Positions 57,996 to 64,000 of a stretch of 64,000 nucleotides of DNA are shown piece by piece (within the stretch, counting starts at the first letter, position 1; each line of letters starts with the position of its first letter). A program made the translations under genes and the position numbers. The notes beneath the pieces are model-generated. The model was given only the letters and a program-made list of their open reading frames with translations. It searched no databases and had not been told where the DNA came from. The stretch comes from Octopus sinensis (Eukaryota), in the NCBI RefSeq assembly GCF_006345805.1, contig NC_042997.1, positions 143,158,001 through 143,222,000 on the forward strand. Reading direction: 5' to 3'.

Positions 57996-58048
57996 AACAA
58001 AACTGACCGACGAACGGGAACGTGAAACTCTGAGTAACAGATTTTGTT
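57996..58048 (+). ncRNA. Minimal type I hammerhead-like fold with variant core, downstream of the Penelope-like ORF
   Basis: AACAAAACTGA CCGACGA ACG-GGAA-CGT GAAA CTC-T-GAG TA ACAGATTTTGTT. Stems I-III are present. The core is CCGACGA rather than CUGANGA; the putative site is GUA. Confidence 0.6.
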
Positions 58049-58830
58049 ATATTTCTGCTGCTTTTAAATAAAGCATATTACTCTACCTCTGGTATTTGAG
58101 TACTCTTTTTTCCACCTTGTTTCACATTTATGTGCTTACTCCGGTATATATATAAAGAAAACAAAAACTGGAACAAGAACGTAACAGGCGGCAACAAGAC
58201 ATCCGGACAGATGATATAAAAAGGGACAGGAAAAACAAGGACGGGTCATTCGGAGTTTTCTATCTTCAGTCGAGTTCCTAATTTTCTCAGCACTTTTGTC
58301 CAGTTACACTCGAAACTGCTCCAATCTAGCTGGCCCCAAGAAATGTTAGCTAAGAGCAATAGATTCCTTGGAAGAAAGCAAGCCAATGTATACGAAAATG
58401 AGGACGAAAAAATAAACAAAGAAATGGTACACAAAGACGAATGCAAACAACAGGTGTCTTTTGACTAAGGACGAATTAAATGCAGCTGGCGTGTGTGGAA
58501 GTGAAGCATTACGGCAGGGACATAAGAGATGAAAGTCATGGGAAGGAATATTGACATTGCATGGATGGTAGACGAACCGAGAAAGAAAGGTCAAGCTTGG
58601 TGGGACACCAGTCACGTGGAAGGAGAGGAGAGAGGTAGGGGCAGATGGATAGAATAATTAGGGAGGAACGAGAAAGAAAGAAAAAAGAAAAGGGACAGAT
58701 TGAGGTAAAAGAGGAGGGAAGATGAGAATGAAGGGAAGGCCAAGAAATGTGAGAGAGTGGGAGCGAAAAAATGAAAAGTGGAAAGAATGAAGTGTGAAGG
58801 GGCTAAAAGAAAGAATAAGAGAGTCATACA

Positions 58831-58865
<35 letters not shown>

Positions 58866-59582
58866 AGACCAAAAGTATACATATGTCGCTATATGTATAT
58901 ATAAAAAAAAATTAAAAAATGGAACAAGAACGTAACAGGCAATAACAAACATCCGGACAGTTAGACGATACAAAAAAAGAAAAGGAAAAAACAAGGATGG
59001 GTCATTTGGAGCTTTCTGTCTTCAGTCGAGTTCCAAATTTTCTCAGCAGTTTCGATATGTACGTACGTACGAATGTATGTATGTATGTATGTATGTATGT
59101 ATGTATGTATGTATGTATGTATGTATGTGTACCAATTGGGTTTGGAATGGAATATTCTATCTAGATCCTTTCCATGTAACAAAGGGAAATCCTTTTGCCC
59201 GCTCTGTGCCGAAGAACAGTATCTCATTCTGTTCTCGGAGAATTCTCCTGTAAACACATTTAAAGAACATGTTTATCGTTGCAAACATAAGCAAAAACAT
59301 ACCTTATTTCCTATAAGTAGTTTCTACCAATCTATAAAATTCAACTTTTGACTGTCAGCTTACATTTCATTTCCAGTACATATATCTATTTACACGCCTT
59401 TAAAGCTTTATTTCCACTCATCTATCGCACTATATTTCTCTACTCTTGATTTTCTATTAATTTCTTTCTTTCCCTTTCTCGCCATTGACGTTAAATCTAT
59501 TCACGGTTAAAAAAAAAATAACTTGCCCGCATTCCCTTCATCATATACACGGTAATCAAATTCGTCTAAATGGCTTATTGCT

Positions 59583-59777
59583 GTGTTTTGTTTATCTTTT
59601 TTTCCCTGACGAGATGATTACATTGTTTTACATCATTTTATCCCCCCCCCCCAGGAATGATAAGATTATAAGATTCTAGTTTCAGCTTATGAGCTGTGGC
59701 CATGCTGGGGCACCGCCAATCAATGTTTCAATGTTTTCTTCGAAACATATGTCGGAAGTATAAAGATTGAACAACAC
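59583..59777 (+). ncRNA. Type I hammerhead ribozyme, copy 1 (predicted cleavage after GUC 59753)
   Basis: Core CTGACGA at 59606-59612 and GAAA at 59742-59745. Stem III A-C/ATAT/G-T then C. Stem I TTCC/GGAA extended by ATCTTT/AAAGAT and GTGT/ACAC. Stem II GA.GA..ACATTG / CAATGT..TC.TC. Confidence 0.75.
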
Positions 59778-60344
59778 CTGCGTTTAACTCCATTTCTTAA
59801 TTTATGTATGTATGTATGCATGTATGTATGTATATATGTATGCATGTATGTATGTATGTATGTATGTATATGTATGTATGTATGTATGTGTACCAATTGG
59901 GTTTGGAATGGAATATTCTATCTAGATCCTTTCCATGTAACAAAGGGAAATCCTTTTGCCCGCTCTGTGCCGAAGAACAGTATCTCATTCTGTTCTCGGA
60001 GAATTCTCCTGTAAACACATTTAAAGAACATGTTTATCGTTGCAAACATAAGCAAAAACATACCTTTATTTCCTATAAGTAGTTTCTACCAATCTATAAA
60101 ATTCAACTTTTGACTGTCAGCTTACATTTCATTTCCAGTACATATATCTATTTACACGCCTTTAAAGCTTTATTTCCACTCATCTATCGCTCTATATTTC
60201 TCTACTCTTGATTTTCTATTAATTTCTTTCTTTCCCTTTCTCGCCATTGACGTTAAATCTATTCACGGTTAAAAAAAAAATAACTTGCCCGCATTCCCTT
60301 CATCATATACACGGTAATCAAATTCGTCTAAATGGCTTATTGCT

Positions 60345-60539
60345 GTGTTTTGTTTATCTTTTTTTCCCTGACGAGATGATTACATTGTTTTACATCATTT
60401 TATCCCCCCCCCCCAGGAATGATAAGATTATAAGATTCTAGTTTCAGCTTATGAGCTGTGGCCATGCTGGGGCACCGCCAATCAATGTTTCAATGTTTTC
60501 TTCGAAACATATGTCGGAAGTATAAAGATTGAACAACAC
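60345..60539 (+). ncRNA. Type I hammerhead ribozyme, copy 2 (GUC 60513-60515)
   Basis: Same sequence as copy 1 at +762. Confidence 0.75.
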
Positions 60540-60677
60540 CTGCGTTTAACTCCATTTCTTAATTTATGTATGTATGCATGTATGTATGTATATATGTATG
60601 CATGTATGTATGTATGTATGTGTGTGTATTTGTATATATCTATATCTATCTATATATATATATATACACATACACAC

Positions 60678-60712
<35 letters not shown>

Positions 60713-61436
60713 AGACCAAAAGTATACATATGTCGCTATATGTATATATAAAAAAAAATTAAAAAATGGAACAAGAACGTAACAGGCAATAACAAACATC
60801 CGGACAGTTAGACGATACAAAAAAAGAAAAGGAAAAAACAAGGATGGGTCATTTGGAGCTTTCTGTCTTCAGTCGAGTTCCAAATTTTCTCAGCAGTTTC
60901 GATATGTACGTACGTACGAATGTATGTATGTATATGTATGTATGTATGTATATGTATGTATGTATGTATATGTATGTATGTGTACCAATTGGGTTTGGAA
61001 TGGAATATTCTATCTAGATCCTTTCCATGTAACAAAGGGAAATCCTTTTGCCCGCTCTGTGCCGAAGAACAGTATCTCATTCTGTTCTCGGAGAATTCTC
61101 CTGTAAACACATTTAAAGAACATGTTTATCGTTGCAAACATAAGCAAAAACATACCTTTATTTCCTATAAGTAGTTTCTACCAATCTATAAAATTCAACT
61201 TTTGACTGTCAGCTTACATTTCATTTCCAGTACATATATCTATTTACACGCCTTTAAAGCTTTATTTCCACTCATCTATCGCACTATATTTCTCTACTCT
61301 TGATTTTCTATTAATTTCTTTCTTTCCCTTTCTCGCCATTGACGTTAAATCTATTCACGGTTAAAAAAAAAATAACTTGCCCGCATTCCCTTCATCATAT
61401 ACACGGTAATCAAATTCGTCTAAATGGCTTATTGCT

Positions 61437-61631
61437 GTGTTTTGTTTATCTTTTTTTCCCTGACGAGATGATTACATTGTTTTACATCATTTTATCCCCC
61501 CCCCCCAGGAATGATAAGATTATAAGATTCTAGTTTCAGCTTATGAGCTGTGGCCATGCTGGGGCACCGCCAATCAATGTTTCAATGTTTTCTTCGAAAC
61601 ATATGTCGGAAGTATAAAGATTGAACAACAC
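61437..61631 (+). ncRNA. Type I hammerhead ribozyme, copy 3 (GUC 61605-61607)
   Basis: Same sequence as copy 1 at +1854. Confidence 0.75.
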
Positions 61632-61773
61632 CTGCGTTTAACTCCATTTCTTAATTTATGTATGTATGTATGCATGTATGTATGTATATATGTATGCATG
61701 TATGTATGTATGTATGTGTGTGTATTTGTATATATCTATATCTATCTATATATATATATATACACATACACAC

Positions 61774-61809
<36 letters not shown>

Positions 61810-64000
61810 CACACACACATATATATTTGTATATTTATATACTTTTAGTTATGCACGCATATACACGCATCTTAATCTGTTATCTTTTTCTTGTTTGAAT
61901 CATTGTTTTGTGGCCATACTGGAGCACTGCTTTGAAGGGTTTAGTCGAATAAATCGATCCCATATTATGTGTACGTTTGTAAAACAAGGGTTAGACGAAT
62001 ATAACGCGGCATTATTTTACAGATGGATTCACTCCTGTCTTTAACCGTTACATGTTTTTTTTTCTTCAGGCAAGGGGGGGGGGTCTCATATTCTACACGT
62101 CTTCGAAGGGGCAAGCCCACCCAACAGTTTATTGACAGAGAATACGTTAAGCTGTCATTTGTATCTCAGTAATTTTCGGAGAAGTGCAACTATAAACAAG
62201 CCGCAAATGCACATGTAAATGAACATTCGTATATGTGTGTGTGTGTGTGTACGTATGTATGTATTATATTGTACATATTTGTGTATGTATGTGTACACAA
62301 GTATATATATGACTGTTTATTATATCAAATATATACAAATTTATTTAGGTTTAAGTCCCTGAATCATTTTGTAACTTCTGCCGATTAAAAAAAACTACTA
62401 CACACACACACACACACAAATTTAGAGGCCACACGAGGTAGATAAACGTGGTAAGATATGCATGCCTTTCTTTTTCAAGGACGTTAGCGGCCTGAGTGAA
62501 GCACTTTAATTATGTCTAAGCTGAACTTGTAACTAATTAGTTGAGATCATAAGAAATAGCCTGAGAATAAAAGTCGAACGTCCCACAAAGGAACTGGAAA
62601 TGATAAATTATTTCAAGACGATAAAAAAAAACAACGTTGCGTTGGTTGATAATAATGCAGTTATAGTCACATTGTCGGCTTTCATTTTCGTCTCCACGTG
62701 TTCTCTCACCCTCTCGATCATAAGTCACTCTCGCTATCATTTGTTGTTGGGCATAGTTGTAAGAATAGTCATTAACTGGTAAATTTCTTGTTGCCACATG
62801 CTTATCTAACCCCACAGATGTCATTCGATCTTATGATCCATAGTTTTTGATTAATAATGTTTTATAGTCATAGAGAAAATTACGTAATGAAGAAATACTT
62901 TAATAAAACATTTAATTTTCTTTTTGCTGACATAACCCATCAGTTGTTCTCCTCAGACTAGTTAATATTTAATTTATTAACTACAGCAGTTTTTTTATAC
63001 ACGTGTGTGAGAGCATCTTCGCAAACATTTTAATTCAAGACAAGTTTGGCGAGAGCGATCCCAACATGTGTATTTTTCTTTTCAGTAGTAAATATAAAAA
63101 CGACATTGTTATCTAGATAAAAGAAATTTACAGCATATTATTAGCTACCACGAGGGTTTAAGCTTTGAACCTCTGCACTCATAAAAATGTGTTTCGTATT
63201 CAAAGTAATGACGTTAAAGGTTTCGCTTTAAGAAACAAACCTCAATAATTTTGATATCCTCTTGGATATCAAAATTTCGAGTGCGTAAAAAATTTTAATA
63301 ATTAACTTATAGAAAGTTTTACAGGGAACGATATCAGTGGAGGAACAAGATGTCCGTGACTTCGAATAATAATAATAATCCTTTCTACTATTGGTACAAA
63401 GGCTGAAATTTTAAGGGAGAGGGATAATCGATTACATCGTCTTCAGTACATGACTGGTACATATTTCATCGACTCCGAAAGGATGAAAGACAAAGTGAAT
63501 CTCATCAGAATTTGAACTCAGATCGCAAAGACAGACGAAATGCCGCTAAGCGTGTATTTCCACGAGGTAAAACTCCATGAAACTGTCAGGGAAAAACCCG
63601 AAAAAAAAAAGATGAAAAAATTCGAAAATGCCAAAGTTAAAATAGTCCGTCAGCCGGCATAACACACACACCTATAAAGCTGATATTTATATTCTTTTAT
63701 TTTAAAAATACACGTGTTGGGGTCGCTTTCGTTAACCTGTCCTGTTGACTGACCTCTTAAAATCTTTGAAATTTTGCGAAGACGCACACACACACAAGTA
63801 ATTATTAAGAATTAATAAATAAAAAGCAACCAGAGGTCGAGGATAAACTCTACATAATTTTCATTGGTATATATATATATATATTTGTGTCAAGAGTTGC
63901 TGTGGTTTCTAATAATAAGCAAAGGACCTGAAATTTTGGAGAAGTGGGTATTCGATTTTATCGTCGCCAGTACTTGACTGGTACTTTATTTTATCGATCC

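Larger units (their letters stand above)
58862..61800. repeat. Near-identical tandem array A-B-B-C-A-B-C joined by (TATG)n/(TA)n; B (~675 bp) is the 3' end of a second Penelope-like element
   Basis: B at ~59128-59803, ~59890-60565 and ~60982-61657 (offsets 762 and 1854). It encodes EWNILSRSFPCNKGKSFCPLCAEEQYLILF..VNTFKEHVYRCKHK, matching the GIY-YIG C-terminal pattern W.IL..CxLC..E..N..E..CxH. A at ~58862-59072 and ~60711-60920 is a diverged relative of 58150-58295. Confidence 0.9.

Noticed and set aside
58862-61800. CRISPR-like or prokaryotic defence array
   Set aside because: Units are hundreds of bp with no unique spacers, the context is eukaryotic with spliceosomal introns and SINEs, and there are no cas-like ORFs.

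Overview
AT-rich, microsatellite- and repeat-dense animal genomic DNA. The SINE families and (TA)n/(TATG)n load look like octopus (coleoid cephalopod), recognised from memory rather than by search. Most ORF-track entries are spurious translations of microsatellites or SINEs. The real gene signal is the 5' end of a minus-strand, intron-rich gene, most likely LARP4/4B-like. Exon 30036-30133 encodes MTSDRG..., and exon 175-268 encodes the PAM2 motif GLNPNATVF; the gene continues off the left edge. There are several candidate alternative first exons (45825-45831 ATG micro-CDS, 36793-~36980, 6993-7061). The rest is TE-derived: piggyBac-like TTAA elements, a decayed mariner-type DDD transposon, a hAT-like MITE, RTE LINE fragments, a non-autonomous Helitron and Penelope-like (Naiad-type GIY-YIG) remnants. 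The most notable observation is a set of type I hammerhead ribozyme folds. Three near-identical, core-intact copies lie in a tandem array at 58.9-61.8 kb, each with a ~100-nt insertion in loop II. All alignments and folds were done by eye; no searches were run.
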